This document shows, piece by piece, positions 1 through 10,454 of a stretch of 44,131 nt of DNA. The notes beneath the pieces are model-generated. The model worked only from the letters and a program-made list of their open reading frames with translations, did no database searches and was not told the DNA's origin. Each line of letters begins with the position of its first letter. Positions within the stretch are counted from its first letter, which is position 1. A program made the translations under genes and the position numbers. Source of the stretch: Chloroflexota bacterium (GTDB lineage: Bacteria > Chloroflexota > DTOL01 > JACQYG01); NCBI GenBank assembly GCA_040754915.1, contig JBFMCB010000003.1, positions 1 through 44,131 of the forward strand. Direction: 5' to 3'.

Positions 1-2
1 AA

Positions 3-746
3 AGGGAACTGCCAGCGGATGAGCGGAACCGCGTCCCCATGGCGGCAAATTGTCTCTTGATTCAGGGCGAGGGCCGGCGCATCCTGGTGGATACCGGCAT
101 GGGGACGAAGCTCTCCGAAAAAGAGCGTGGCTTCTTTTCACTGGCCGACGACAGTGGCCTGGAGGCAGGCCTGGCGAGGTTAGGCCTGGGGGTCGGCGAC
201 ATCGATATCGTCATCAACACCCACCTGCATAGCGACCATTGCGGTGGAAACACCAAGCTGGTGGGCGGCAAGCCTGTCCCCGCCTTTCCCCGGGCCTGCT
301 ATTGGATTCAACGGCGGGAATGGAGCGATGCGCTCTACCCCAATGAACGCACCCAGGCCACCTACCAGGCGGGCAACTTGGTGCCGCTTAGCGAAAGCGG
401 GCAACTAGAGCTAAAGAGCGGAAACGTCAGGGTTACACCGAGTGTAGAGTGCCAGATAACCAGAGGCCACACCTATGCCCATCAAAGCGTGATCGTCAAA
501 TCGCAGGACCTGGTGGCTATTTACCTGGGCGATGTGGCGCCTTTTACCGTCCACATGGAAAGGATCGCCTGGATTCCCGCGTTCGACGCCGAACCGCTGG
601 AGACGGTAGAGACCAAACGGTCTTTGCTGCGCTGGGCGTTGGAGCAGCGCGCGCTGCTCATCTTTGGTCACGATACCAGGATTCCCATGGGCTATCTGCG
701 GCGGGAGGGCGATGGATACCGAGTTGAGCCAGCCCGGTCTTGGTGA
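3..746 (+). CDS. MBL-fold metallo-hydrolase, YtnP-like (5' end lies outside the window)
   Basis: The frame is open from position 3 (RELPADERNRVPMAANCLLI). It has LVDTG, THLHSDHCGG (HxHxDH), GHT, GD and C-terminal GHD metal ligands. The PADExNR..MA.NCLL N-terminus is typical of the YtnP group. Confidence 0.85.
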   Translation, partial: RELPADERNRVPMAANCLLIQGEGRRILVDTGMGTKLSEKERGFFSLADDSGLEAGLARLGLGVGDIDIVINTHLHSDHCGGNTKLVGGKPVPAFPRACYWIQRREWSDALYPNERTQATYQAGNLVPLSESGQLELKSGNVRVTPSVECQITRGHTYAHQSVIVKSQDLVAIYLGDVAPFTVHMERIAWIPAFDAEPLETVETKRSLLRWALEQRALLIFGHDTRIPMGYLRREGDGYRVEPARSW

Positions 747-801
747 GCGAATCGTTCCCGGACTCGGAGCGGATGAACATATAAAAAGGGGGAAACGTGC
801 C

Positions 802-1341
802 ATGAAGATCGTCATTAAAGGGAAGAATGTCGAGGTGGCGAATGGAGTGCGCGAGTACGTGGAGAAAAAGTTGGGCAAACTGGATCGGCACCTTGACAAC
901 ATCACCGAGGTGCTGGTGGAGCTCTCCAACGAGAGAACCAGGAGCGCCGAGACGCGCCAGGTGATACAGGTTACAATCCTGGCCAACGGCCGTATCCTCA
1001 GAGGGGAGGAGAGGTCGGGCGACGTATATGCCGCGGTGGATGCTGTGGTGGACAAGATGAAGAACCGCATCGACCGCTACAAGGGTAGACTGTATGGTGG
1101 TAAGGGCAAACTGGCGATGGCTGACGTTCTGGAAGCGATTGAGATCGGGGAGGAAGAGAGCCGCATCGTTCGCACCAAGCGCTTTGAACTGAAACCCATG
1201 TATGCCGAGGAAGCCATCGAGCAGATGGAGCTGTTAGGCCACGACTTCTACATTTTCTTCAACGCTGCCGCCGAAGGCATCAACGTGGTCTACCGGCGGC
1301 AGGATGGAAACTATGGCCTTTTGCAGCCGGAGCTGCCTTGA
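802..1341 (+). CDS. hpf: Long ribosome hibernation promoting factor (HPF/YvyD, RaiA family)
   Basis: MKIVIKGKNVEV..REYVEKKLGKL N-domain, DVYAAVD, and C-terminal S30AE domain IVRTKRFELKPMxxEEAIEQMELLGHDFYIF..NVVYRRxDGNYGL. ATG 802 follows a G-rich RBS; the longer ORF from 664 overlaps the upstream gene. Confidence 0.95.
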   Translation: MKIVIKGKNVEVANGVREYVEKKLGKLDRHLDNITEVLVELSNERTRSAETRQVIQVTILANGRILRGEERSGDVYAAVDAVVDKMKNRIDRYKGRLYGGKGKLAMADVLEAIEIGEEESRIVRTKRFELKPMYAEEAIEQMELLGHDFYIFFNAAAEGINVVYRRQDGNYGLLQPELP

Positions 1342-1419
1342 AGCAAGATGGGCGTCCTTTTTTACTAGCGAGGAACTTGGGTATTGGGCAGAGGCTCAAT
1401 ACCCAAGTTGTTGGTAGAA

Positions 1420-2553
1420 GTGTCCAGTGACGTTTCCTTAATGATCTTCGTCGGCGGCAGTCACGCCAGCCCGGTGGAGGAGATGGTGACCGGCGCACAA
1501 TACGCCATTGCGGTGGACACCATTGAGAAAGCCGTCATCACCGGATCATTCAAGGAGATCATCCTGATCACCGATTCCCGGGAACTGGCGAGCCGGTGCT
1601 CGGCTCTGCCGGTGAGTGTTGAGATTGATGGCGGCCCCTTCCACTTCGGTCGCCGAATGAGAGAGATCATTGCCAGGTACCGCATAAAGAAGCCTTTCTA
1701 TATAGGAGGTGGCAGCGCTCCATTGCTCTCCACCGCGGAACTTTCCAGTATTGCGGAGAGCATCCGGACCGCCGAAAACTCCTTCATCGCTAATAACATT
1801 TTCTCTGCGGATTTCCTGGCCTTTACCCCGGGTGAGGCCATCGAGCGCATCGAACTGCCGAGCTTCGATAACAACCTGGCCTGGCTGTTGAAAGAGCAGG
1901 CAGGATTGACCGATATCCCCCTGAACCGCACCGTCGGCACTCAACTGGACGTTGACACCCCCACCGACCTAATGGTCCTCCAGCTTCATCCACTGGTGGG
2001 TCGAAACGTGAAGGAGTACCTGGAAGGCCTCAACCTGGACGTGTCACGCCTGAGGCGTTCCATGAAGCTTCTTACCGACCCCATGGCGGAAGTGATCGTA
2101 GCGGGCCGTGTGGGGTCCTACGTGTGGGCACACCTGGAGACCGATGTGGCGTGTCGGCTCCGGGTATTCTCGGAGGAGCGCGGGATGAGGGCCAGCGGCA
2201 GGGAGGAACGGGGTCAGGTCCGGTCGCTCTTGGGCTACTATTTGGGGTCGGTGGGCCCCAAGAGGTTCTTTAGGTCGTTGGCGCAACTGGGCCAGGCTGC
2301 CCTGATCGATTCTCGGGTCATCTTCCATCATCTGCATTTGAACCTCTCGGCACCGGACAGGTTCTATTCCGATCTGTTTCAGCCGGAGAAGGTGACAAAT
2401 CCGGTCGCCCGGGCCTTTACTGAGGCGGCCCGAGAAGCGACGATCCCCGTGGTTCTGGGCGGGCACACGCTGGTAGCTGGAGGCCTGTGGGCGCTCATCG
2501 ACGCCGCCTGGCTGGAAAAGGATAAGGAAGAGACTGGAGGATCTACGAGATGA
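1420..2553 (+). CDS. Uncharacterised protein with an N-terminal CofC/GT-A-like nucleotidyl- or glycosyltransferase fold
   Basis: Long ORF with normal codon bias. Motifs GGGSAPLL, NNIFSAD, DNNL and LDVDTPTDL (CofC-like DxDTPxDL). Start uncertain (1384, 1420 or 1441). The stop overlaps the next start (ATGA 2550-2553). Confidence 0.6.
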   Translation: MSSDVSLMIFVGGSHASPVEEMVTGAQYAIAVDTIEKAVITGSFKEIILITDSRELASRCSALPVSVEIDGGPFHFGRRMREIIARYRIKKPFYIGGGSAPLLSTAELSSIAESIRTAENSFIANNIFSADFLAFTPGEAIERIELPSFDNNLAWLLKEQAGLTDIPLNRTVGTQLDVDTPTDLMVLQLHPLVGRNVKEYLEGLNLDVSRLRRSMKLLTDPMAEVIVAGRVGSYVWAHLETDVACRLRVFSEERGMRASGREERGQVRSLLGYYLGSVGPKRFFRSLAQLGQAALIDSRVIFHHLHLNLSAPDRFYSDLFQPEKVTNPVARAFTEAAREATIPVVLGGHTLVAGGLWALIDAAWLEKDKEETGGSTR

Positions 2554-5162
2554 GAGTCACGTACGACCGCCACAGCCTGATCGTTGACGGCCGACGGGTG
2601 TTCCTGCGGTCCGGCGCGTTCCAGTATTATCGCCTGCCCTCCACTGGCCTCTGGCGCGATCGGTTGTGGAAGATCAAGCGGGCGGGATATAACGCCGTGG
2701 ACCTATATTTCAGTTGGGCCTACCATTCGCCGGCGGAGGGGGAGTGGGATTTCCGCGGCATCAGGGACGTGGACTACCTTCTGGGGCTCACCGAGGAGGT
2801 GGGCCTCTATGTGGTGGCCAGACCGGGCCCGTACATCAATTCTGAGCTAAGCGGCGGAGGCCTTCCCGGCTGGCTGATCAACAAGCATCACGTCCCCCTG
2901 CGTTGCGTCAGTGACGGGGCCTACGTCGAGTCCCCGGAATACCTGAAATATGCCCGGCAGTGGTATGAGCAGATCGTGCCGCGCATCGCCCGCTGTCCCA
3001 ACCTGGTGCTCTTCCAGATCGAGAACGAGCACGCGAACGATGACCTGACCCCCGATTACATGCAGAGGCTCTACGACTGGGCGCGCCAGTTGGGGATAGA
3101 GGTGCCCATTTTCCATAACGACGGCTGGGGACAAGGCTGTTGGGCAGGCTTGGTCGATATCTACGCCGTCGATACCTATGCGATAACACGGTTCGACCTC
3201 GACTGGCGCATTGTTCCTGAGACCTTTCGGCAGGTGGATGGACTGGCGGAGATCTACAACGAATTCGCTCCCGAGTCGCCTCGTTTTGTGGCCGAGCTCC
3301 AGGGCGGGTGGTTCGATCCCTGGGATGGTCGGGGATACGATGCGTTACGTAAAGCATTGGGTAAGGAAGCCCTGGAACTCGTGAGCTGGAGCGCCGTGGC
3401 TCAGGGCGTGACCCTTTATAACCACTACATGTTCGTGGGTGGCACCAATTGGGACCACATTGGCTGCCCAGCTGTAAACACCTCGTACGATTTCGCCGCT
3501 CCGGTGCAGGAATGGGGGGGGCTATCCCAGCGTTACCACGCGGCTAAAGCGATGGCCTGCCAGAATGGGGCTCTGGAGGGATTTTTCACCGAAGCGGAGA
3601 CGGTCCAGGACGTGGCGTGTAGCGACCCTGAGGTATTCTACCGGGCCCTGGGCAATGGTGAAGCCCGGGTTATCTTCCTGCGCAATCTCACCGGACAGAG
3701 GCGCTCAACCACCATCCAGGTTGGAGCGTTGACTGTCCCTCCAGTGACGCTGGCGAGCAGCGAGATGCGCCCGGTAGTGGTCAATCTGGAACTCAGCGGG
3801 CTACGAATCGTCTATGCCACCAATTCTATCTTCGGCGCCTTGGATAAGGACGGCGACCACGTCCTGGTCTTTGTCGGCGAAGGCAGCGTAGCCTTCGATC
3901 TGCCGGTCAAACCCGAAGTTCTTAAGGATGAGCTGGGCTCGGAGTGGGAAGGCTCGCGCTGGAAAATCTACTACGCGGGCAGCCAGGTACAGGAACTCGT
4001 CTTCTCAGCGGAGAAGGCCCGTTATACCCTGGTGTTCATTCCCGAGGCCGATCAGGCCTGGTTGGTGGAGAACACCCTTATCCTGGGCCCGGATTACGTG
4101 GGGGAATCCAGGATGGATGGCGAGGCTCTGGACTGGGAGATGTACGGTGGGAGCAGGGGCCAGGTGAGGGTCTACGCCGCAGGGCGCCCGCCCAGGGTAA
4201 CCGTGGACAGCCGGCCCGTGGCGCAGGGATATGACCCTGGGACCGGCAAGGTGAGCTTCATTTTGCCCGAAGGGCCTGCCCTGAAGTTACCAGCCCTGGA
4301 CAGCTGGCGCGTGGCTGGAGCCTGCCCTGAGATCGCCGTGGACTACGATGATCGAGCCTGGCATGTCATCCCCACCGGTGGCAGGACCGATATGGATAGC
4401 TTGGGGATATACCAGGGCGTTTGCTGGTATCGTGGTGAATTTCATGGCAAAATGGCGGAGCTATCGCTGGCCATCCGGCATAACGCAGCCCTCTACCTCA
4501 ACGGGAAATTCGTGGCCAGGCTCGATAACTACCAGAACGAGAGCTGGGAGGGCGGTCCGGAGATGGAAGGGGTGGAGCCGGCGGCCGTGGCATTGCCGGA
4601 AGAGCTTTGCGGGCCGGGCCAGAACGTGGTTGCCGTCCTGGTGGAGAGCCTGGGCCACAACAAGGGCTATCTAGAGAACGTGCGGCTGCCTAGAGGGTTG
4701 CTTGCCTGGGCCTCTGATCGAGAGATTCGTTGGAGATTCCGGCCAGGCTTCGCGGGGGAAGCCGAGGGATTCGATGCCACCGACTACGAGGATGGGGGTT
4801 GGACAGCAGTCAAGGACTTATCCCACGCACCCCGCGATGACGTGGTTTGGGCTCGCTGCCACTTCCAGCTCGACCTGTCCCCAACCGTATATGCCCTCCT
4901 GGGCCTTGTCTTGGAAGGGGTGGCCGATAAGGCGCACGTCTACTTGAACGGCGTGCTCATCGCCCGGGATTGGAGCATCTCACCCCAGCGAAAATTCTAT
5001 CTCCCCGAAGGTCTCCTGGACCTTCATGGCCAGAACACCTTGGCCATTCTCCTATGGCGGCGGGGCGGCCCTCCGGCGAACGGTAGGGTTTTTCTGGAGC
5101 CCTATGGCGTCCAGTGGGTGTACCGCTGCCATGCCGACGGGTTCATTCCCCGTGAGACGTAA
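2550..5162 (+). CDS. Glycoside hydrolase family 35 (beta-galactosidase-like) with C-terminal beta-sandwich domains
   Basis: SGAFQYYRLP, WRDRLxKIKxAGYN, ARPGPYINSE, GGLPGWL, QIENE (acid/base), ELQGGWFDPW (nucleophile), YMFVGGTNW, TSYDFAAP. No signal peptide is evident. Confidence 0.9.
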   Translation: MRVTYDRHSLIVDGRRVFLRSGAFQYYRLPSTGLWRDRLWKIKRAGYNAVDLYFSWAYHSPAEGEWDFRGIRDVDYLLGLTEEVGLYVVARPGPYINSELSGGGLPGWLINKHHVPLRCVSDGAYVESPEYLKYARQWYEQIVPRIARCPNLVLFQIENEHANDDLTPDYMQRLYDWARQLGIEVPIFHNDGWGQGCWAGLVDIYAVDTYAITRFDLDWRIVPETFRQVDGLAEIYNEFAPESPRFVAELQGGWFDPWDGRGYDALRKALGKEALELVSWSAVAQGVTLYNHYMFVGGTNWDHIGCPAVNTSYDFAAPVQEWGGLSQRYHAAKAMACQNGALEGFFTEAETVQDVACSDPEVFYRALGNGEARVIFLRNLTGQRRSTTIQVGALTVPPVTLASSEMRPVVVNLELSGLRIVYATNSIFGALDKDGDHVLVFVGEGSVAFDLPVKPEVLKDELGSEWEGSRWKIYYAGSQVQELVFSAEKARYTLVFIPEADQAWLVENTLILGPDYVGESRMDGEALDWEMYGGSRGQVRVYAAGRPPRVTVDSRPVAQGYDPGTGKVSFILPEGPALKLPALDSWRVAGACPEIAVDYDDRAWHVIPTGGRTDMDSLGIYQGVCWYRGEFHGKMAELSLAIRHNAALYLNGKFVARLDNYQNESWEGGPEMEGVEPAAVALPEELCGPGQNVVAVLVESLGHNKGYLENVRLPRGLLAWASDREIRWRFRPGFAGEAEGFDATDYEDGGWTAVKDLSHAPRDDVVWARCHFQLDLSPTVYALLGLVLEGVADKAHVYLNGVLIARDWSISPQRKFYLPEGLLDLHGQNTLAILLWRRGGPPANGRVFLEPYGVQWVYRCHADGFIPRET

Positions 5163-5197
5163 GGGGCAGGCAACCGGTTTTTAACAGCAAAGAGCCC

Positions 5198-6907
5198 TCA
5201 GCTCGTGCTCGACCGAATCCCCCGTAGATTGAGCTGAAGGGTCTTCGCGCCGTTCCATTCGTTGGTCTCCAGCGTATAAGCCAGGTCGACCCAAGGATTT
5301 AGGGCGATCTCCCTGGCCTTGTCTCCCAGGCGGAAGCCAATAGCGTCCCAGGTCAGGCGACCGTCGGTGAGCTTGAGTTTCAGGTGGTTCCCGTTGGTGC
5401 CAACCAGACGATAGTCTTTCACCCTGGCACGACGGCTTAAGAAGACGGGCTGCGGGTTGCCACAGCCATAGGGCGCCAGGCGACTGATCCAGTCGTAGTT
5501 TTCCCAGGTCACCTGGCTCAGCTCGAGCCGTGCGTCCAGGTACAGGGTGGGCTGCAGATCCAGGCCGAACAGTTGGCGCCGGGCGATCTCCAATAGCCGG
5601 CTTCTGAGCAGGGGCAGGTTGTCGGCAGTGACGGTGAACCCCGCGGCCTGGCGGTGGCCGCCGTGCCGCAGGAGCAGGTCCTGACATTCGTCCAGGGCGG
5701 AGATGATGTCGAACTCAGGGATGCTGCGGGCCGAGCCGCGACAATGTGCCTCCCCCTTTTCCACCACGATAGCGGGCCGGTAGAACTCCTCTACTAGCTT
5801 GTTGGCCACCAGGCCCACTATGCCTGCTGTGTAGTCTTCGCCAGCTATAAGTAACAGGGCGTCATCGGCGAGCTCATGGACCTCGTTCTTTGCTCTGTCT
5901 ACGGCGGAGCTGGTCAATCGTTGGCGTTCCTGGTTTAACGTCTCCAGGGATTCGGCCAGCTCTCGGGCCTGCTCCGGCGAGTCGGTGAGCAAAAGGTTTA
6001 AGGAGGTGAGGGCGCTCTCGATGCGCCCAGCGGCGTTGAGTCGGGGACCCAGGATGAAGCTGATGGCGTAGGTATCGAGCCGGCCCAATTGCAGCCTGGC
6101 TTTTAGGACCATCTCCTGCAGACCAGGCCGCTCCGTGCCGTTCAGCGCAAGAAGGCCCAGCTTGACCAGCTTCCGATTCTCCCCGATCAAAGGGGCAAGG
6201 TCGGCAACGGTGCCCAAGGCCACCAGGTCCAGGGATTGGTTAGGACCCATCGCTGCCACCGGTGCCGCACCACGTGACTCCGTCATGGCCTGGACCACCT
6301 TGAAGGCCAGGCCCACGCCGGCCAGCTCTTTATGAGGATACCGGCAATCGGATCGCTTGGGATCGATGACCGCCAGGGCTGGAGGGAGTTCGAGGGGGAC
6401 GTGGTGATGGTCGGTGACGATGACGTCCATGCCGAGCCGGTTGGCGTGGGCCACCTCCGCGCGCGAGCCAATGCCACAGTCCACGGTGACAACCAGGCTG
6501 GCTCCCTCGGCGCGCAGGTTTTCCAGGGCCTGGGCGTTCAATCCATATCCCTCGTCTACACGATGAGGGATGTAGGGGATCACCGCGGCACCTAGCTGGC
6601 GCAAGGCCAGGGTCAGCAAGGCGACGGCGGTGATGCCATCCACGTCGAAGTCACCGTAAACAGCGATGATTTCCTGACGATCCAGCGCCTGGAGAAGGCG
6701 ACTCACCGCTTTGTCCATATCTTTGAGCTCGAGAGGGTCACCAAGAGACAAGCCCTCTGGACCAGATAGAAAGTCTTGGGCCACTTGGGGATCGCAGATG
6801 CCACGGTTGTGCAGTATCTGGGCAACGAAGTCAGGCAGGTGCTGGAAACGCTGGAAGTGTTCCGCTGGAGCCCGTGGTAAAAGCTGCCACCTTCTAGGGT
6901 GAGGCAT
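5198..6907 (-). CDS. recJ: Single-stranded-DNA-specific exonuclease RecJ
   Basis: YGDFDVDG, EGYGL, TVDCG, TDHH, GTVAD, PRLNAAGR, RGSARS, GGHxxAAG, PYGxGNP. Confidence 0.97.
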   Translation of the reverse strand: MPHPRRWQLLPRAPAEHFQRFQHLPDFVAQILHNRGICDPQVAQDFLSGPEGLSLGDPLELKDMDKAVSRLLQALDRQEIIAVYGDFDVDGITAVALLTLALRQLGAAVIPYIPHRVDEGYGLNAQALENLRAEGASLVVTVDCGIGSRAEVAHANRLGMDVIVTDHHHVPLELPPALAVIDPKRSDCRYPHKELAGVGLAFKVVQAMTESRGAAPVAAMGPNQSLDLVALGTVADLAPLIGENRKLVKLGLLALNGTERPGLQEMVLKARLQLGRLDTYAISFILGPRLNAAGRIESALTSLNLLLTDSPEQARELAESLETLNQERQRLTSSAVDRAKNEVHELADDALLLIAGEDYTAGIVGLVANKLVEEFYRPAIVVEKGEAHCRGSARSIPEFDIISALDECQDLLLRHGGHRQAAGFTVTADNLPLLRSRLLEIARRQLFGLDLQPTLYLDARLELSQVTWENYDWISRLAPYGCGNPQPVFLSRRARVKDYRLVGTNGNHLKLKLTDGRLTWDAIGFRLGDKAREIALNPWVDLAYTLETNEWNGAKTLQLNLRGIRSSTS

Positions 6908-8381
6908 TCGCTGTGATCTCCCTCACGTATTCCAGGGCCTCGGCCCGATTGTTTACCATGCCCATCGCCTGGGCCTCCCTGACCTTTTCCAGCAGGTTGC
7001 CGATGAGGGGCCCGGGCTCCAGGCCCAGGACTGCCATGATGTCATTGCCGTCAAGCAATCTGGGTGGAGAGACTGTCTTTTCTTTCTCTGCAAAATACTT
7101 TCGAAACATATCAACGGTCAAAGCCATGTGCTTATCCCAGCTTGCTCTGTCCAGAGCCGGTCCCCGGGTTGCCAGGTGGTCGGCCAGGGATAAAACCAGG
7201 GTGTCCAGGCCCTCCGGGCCGGTATCTCGGAAGAAGCGATAAACTGCTCGGCCGGTGAGGCCGGGCCCGTCCAGGAGTTGCCTTGGCCTCAAATGGTTAG
7301 CAATGACGGTCCGTACCACGTCGATCTCCTGGTTGCTGAATCGCAGCCGTTTCATCACCTCTGCCGCCGCTTCGGCGCCGAGGAGTTGGTGGCGCAGAAA
7401 ACGGATGCGGCCGTCAGGTTCTCTGCTCCTGGTCTCAGGCTTGGCGATGTCATGTAAGAGGGCGGCCAGCTTCAGCAGAGGCAGGCGACGGTGGTCCGCC
7501 GAGATAGCCTCATTGAAGTGCCCTTTTAGTGGCTGGAATAAGGGCCGGGGCCAGTGAACCAGCCTGGACCGGTATCCAGCGAAGACGCCGATGAGCTTCT
7601 CAATCCCGGCCACTGTTTCCACAGAATGGCCGAAGACATCCCAGTGGTGTTCTGGCGGTTGGGTGACTCCTTTCAGGGCTGCCAACTCAGGGATAATCGC
7701 CGTAAGCAGCCCCAACTCATCCAGCCGTCGCAGGGCCGCCGGTGCGCCGAAGAGTGAAAGGATGTGCCAAAACTCATCTCTGATCCTCTCCGGCGAGGCT
7801 CCGGCAAGCAGGCCCAAACCGCTGGCAAGCAGTGCCCACGTTATTGGCTCGATCTGGAAGCCTAACTGGTGGGCCAGGCGCACTGCTCGGATCAAACGAA
7901 TCGGGTCCTGGGAAAAAGCCTTGGGCGAGGCGGCGCGAACGATCCTGTGCTCCAGGTCTCGGCGCCCGCCCGAGGGGTCGATGATCTCCAGCATCCATTC
8001 GCCTCCCGGCTTCACCCGAGCCAGGGGCAAGGCTAAAGCGTTGATGGTGAAATCCCGCTGGGCCAGGTCGGCCTGGAGGTCTTCGCCCCGTAGTGGTTGA
8101 AAGTCGAGGTACGTCGGTGGCTTCCGTCGAGCGGCCTTGTCCGGCAGGATCACCCTGGCCAAGGCGTTGCCGGTTCCCAGCAGGACAAAGGCGCCGCCAA
8201 AATGATTGGCCACGGCCCGGGCCAGTTCCACGTGATCGCCGGTGACGGAAAAGTCCAGGTCGTTGTTGGGCCGGCCCAAGAGCGCATCCCGCACCCAGCC
8301 CCCCACCAGGAAGACACCCTCAGCCCGGCGTCCCAGGAAACGGTCAAGCTCGGTTATTATGGAAAACGCGCTCTGTGCCAA
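6894..8381 (-). CDS. Class II tRNA nucleotidyltransferase with HD domain (probably CC-adding type)
   Basis: VGGWVRDALLG..DLDF, RDFTINA, DPSGG..DL, DPIRLIRAVR, SPERIRDE, HD domain (HSV..LLHDIAKP..H), C-terminal PGPLIG. The segment before RDFTINA is short. Confidence 0.88.
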   Translation of the reverse strand: MAQSAFSIITELDRFLGRRAEGVFLVGGWVRDALLGRPNNDLDFSVTGDHVELARAVANHFGGAFVLLGTGNALARVILPDKAARRKPPTYLDFQPLRGEDLQADLAQRDFTINALALPLARVKPGGEWMLEIIDPSGGRRDLEHRIVRAASPKAFSQDPIRLIRAVRLAHQLGFQIEPITWALLASGLGLLAGASPERIRDEFWHILSLFGAPAALRRLDELGLLTAIIPELAALKGVTQPPEHHWDVFGHSVETVAGIEKLIGVFAGYRSRLVHWPRPLFQPLKGHFNEAISADHRRLPLLKLAALLHDIAKPETRSREPDGRIRFLRHQLLGAEAAAEVMKRLRFSNQEIDVVRTVIANHLRPRQLLDGPGLTGRAVYRFFRDTGPEGLDTLVLSLADHLATRGPALDRASWDKHMALTVDMFRKYFAEKEKTVSPPRLLDGNDIMAVLGLEPGPLIGNLLEKVREAQAMGMVNNRAEALEYVREITANASP

Positions 8382-8382
8382 A

Positions 8383-9294
8383 CTATCCGTTCCCTAGGGG
8401 CTGCCGATTGTTCGCCGGACCCGCGCCTAGTCCCAGCGTCCCTACCAACTCGCCCACCTGGCTTGGGCTCTTGGCTACCTTGACGCCTGCTTTCTGCAAA
8501 GCAGCGACCTTTTCCGCTGCTGTGCCTCGGCCACCGGAGATGATGGCGCCGGCGTGCCCCATTCGTTTGCCCTGGGGGGCAGCCTGACCGGCGATGAAAC
8601 CTACCACTGGCTTGGTCATCCTGGAACCGATGAATTCGGCGGCTTCTTCTTCGTCGGTGCCGCCGATCTCGCCGATCAGCACCACGGCCTCGGTGGCGGG
8701 GTCTTGCTGGAAGAGGGAGAGCACGTCCACGAAGCTGGTTCCGATGATCGGGTCGCCGCCAATGCCCACGCAGGTGGATTGGCCGAACCCGCGTTGGGTA
8801 AGCTCCCAGACTACCTCGTAGGTGAGAGTGCCACTGCGGGAGACCAGTCCTACCTTGCCGGCGACGTGGATGGGGCCGGGCATGATGCCCACCTTGGCCT
8901 CGCCAGGGGTTATGAGCCCGGGACAGTTGGGGCCGATGAGCCGGGCCCCCTTGAACTTGACGTAATGGTATACCTTAAGCATGTCCAGTGTAGGGATGCC
9001 CTCGGTGATGCAAACGATGAGCGGGATTCCGGCATCCACTGCCTCATAAATGGCATCGGCGGCAAAGGCCGCTGGCACATAGATGATCGAGGCATTGGCG
9101 CCGGTCGCCTCTCGGGCCGCCTTGACCGTGTCGAAAACCGGGACCCCAGCCACCTGCATGCCCTTTTTGCCTGGGGTAACACCGGCCACCACGTTGGTGC
9201 CGTACTCCAGCATCTGGCGGGTATGGAACTCGCCCTCCCGGCCAGTGATGCCTTGAACCAGAAGTCTGGTTGTCCTGCCGACCAGGATGCTCAT
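8383..9294 (-). CDS. sucD: Succinate--CoA ligase subunit alpha
   Basis: [52 protein letters not shown] (phospho-His). Confidence 0.97.
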   Translation of the reverse strand: MSILVGRTTRLLVQGITGREGEFHTRQMLEYGTNVVAGVTPGKKGMQVAGVPVFDTVKAAREATGANASIIYVPAAFAADAIYEAVDAGIPLIVCITEGIPTLDMLKVYHYVKFKGARLIGPNCPGLITPGEAKVGIMPGPIHVAGKVGLVSRSGTLTYEVVWELTQRGFGQSTCVGIGGDPIIGTSFVDVLSLFQQDPATEAVVLIGEIGGTDEEEAAEFIGSRMTKPVVGFIAGQAAPQGKRMGHAGAIISGGRGTAAEKVAALQKAGVKVAKSPSQVGELVGTLGLGAGPANNRQPLGNG

Positions 9295-10421
9295 CTGGCC
9301 ACCTCGACGGCTTTTTGCGCTGCCTCCTGGAGAGTGGTGGCGGTTATCATCCTGGCCTGGGACAGGAGAGCACGGCCCTCGGCCTCATTGGTCCCCACCA
9401 GTCTAGCCACCATGGGCACGTCTGGCCTGACCTCGTCCAGGGCAGTGATGATGCCGCGCGCCACCTCATCGCAGCGGGTGATCCCGCCAAAGATATTGAA
9501 GAGAACAGCTTTGACATTGGAGTCGGAAAGGATGATGCGCAGGGCCGCGGCCACCTTGTCGGCCTTGGCCCCGCCGCCGATGTCCAGGAAGTTGGCCGGG
9601 GCGCCGCCATAGAGCCTGATCACGTCCATAGTGGCCATGGAGAGTCCAGCGCCGTTGACCATACAGCCGATCCGTCCATCGAGCTTCACATAACTTAGTT
9701 CGTTCTCCCGGGCCTGGCGCTCGTACGGGTCTTCCTCATCGGGGTCTCGCAGGGCCTCCAGGTCCTTGTGCCGGAAGAGCCCGTTATCGTCCAGGACGAT
9801 TTTGGCATCCAGCGCCCAAAGCTGGCCCTGGGCGGTGAGGGCGAGAGGGTTGATCTCGACCAGGGAGGCGTCCACCTCCACAAAAGCCTGGATCAAGCCA
9901 CGCGAGATGGTAATGAAGTCGCGCAACAAGCTGGGCGGCAACTGGATTTCAAAAGCGAGGTCCCGGGCCAAATAATCGGAGAAACCGATGAAGGGGTCAA
10001 CGAAGACCTTCGCGATCTTCTCCGGTGTTCTGGCGGCCACCTCCTCGATGTCGACGCCCCCTTGGCTGGAGGCGATGAGGACAAGGCGCCTAGCGGAGCG
10101 GTCCAATGTTGCGCCCAGGTATAACTCCTGGGCGACGCTGGCGGCTTGAGCCACCAATACCTTGCGCACCGGGCTACCCTTGATGTGTAAGCTGAAGATC
10201 TTCTTGGCCGCATCCTCCGCCTCGTCCGGGGTGCTAACTAGCCTGATTCCCCCAGCCTTGCCTCGCCCGCCCACCAGAACCTGGGCCTTCACTACTACCG
10301 GGCATCCCAAGCGCCGGGCGATGTCGCGAGCTTGTCCGGGACTGTACGCCACCTCGCCGGGCGGAACAGGGATGCCGTAGCGAGCCAGGACTTGTTTCGC
10401 CTGATATTCGTGGATCTTCAT
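9291..10421 (-). CDS. sucC: Succinate--CoA ligase subunit beta (ADP-forming)
   Basis: [69 protein letters not shown]. Confidence 0.97.
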   Translation of the reverse strand: MKIHEYQAKQVLARYGIPVPPGEVAYSPGQARDIARRLGCPVVVKAQVLVGGRGKAGGIRLVSTPDEAEDAAKKIFSLHIKGSPVRKVLVAQAASVAQELYLGATLDRSARRLVLIASSQGGVDIEEVAARTPEKIAKVFVDPFIGFSDYLARDLAFEIQLPPSLLRDFITISRGLIQAFVEVDASLVEINPLALTAQGQLWALDAKIVLDDNGLFRHKDLEALRDPDEEDPYERQARENELSYVKLDGRIGCMVNGAGLSMATMDVIRLYGGAPANFLDIGGGAKADKVAAALRIILSDSNVKAVLFNIFGGITRCDEVARGIITALDEVRPDVPMVARLVGTNEAEGRALLSQARMITATTLQEAAQKAVEVAR

Positions 10422-10454
10422 TGGCTTGACCGCCTCCTCGTTGAGGATGGTCGT

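Noticed and set aside
664-801. N-terminal extension of the hpf ORF
   Set aside because: It overlaps the MBL hydrolase. The family N-terminus and an RBS point to ATG 802.
747-801. Possible raiA-motif RNA upstream of hpf
   Set aside because: The spacer is only ~55 nt, too short for that RNA, and shows no matching structure.
1345-1363. Possible terminator after hpf
   Set aside because: A U-tract is present but the stem is too weak to call.
8554-9612. 352-aa plus-strand ORF
   Set aside because: Antisense shadow of sucC/sucD caused by GC-rich codon bias; no recognisable motifs.
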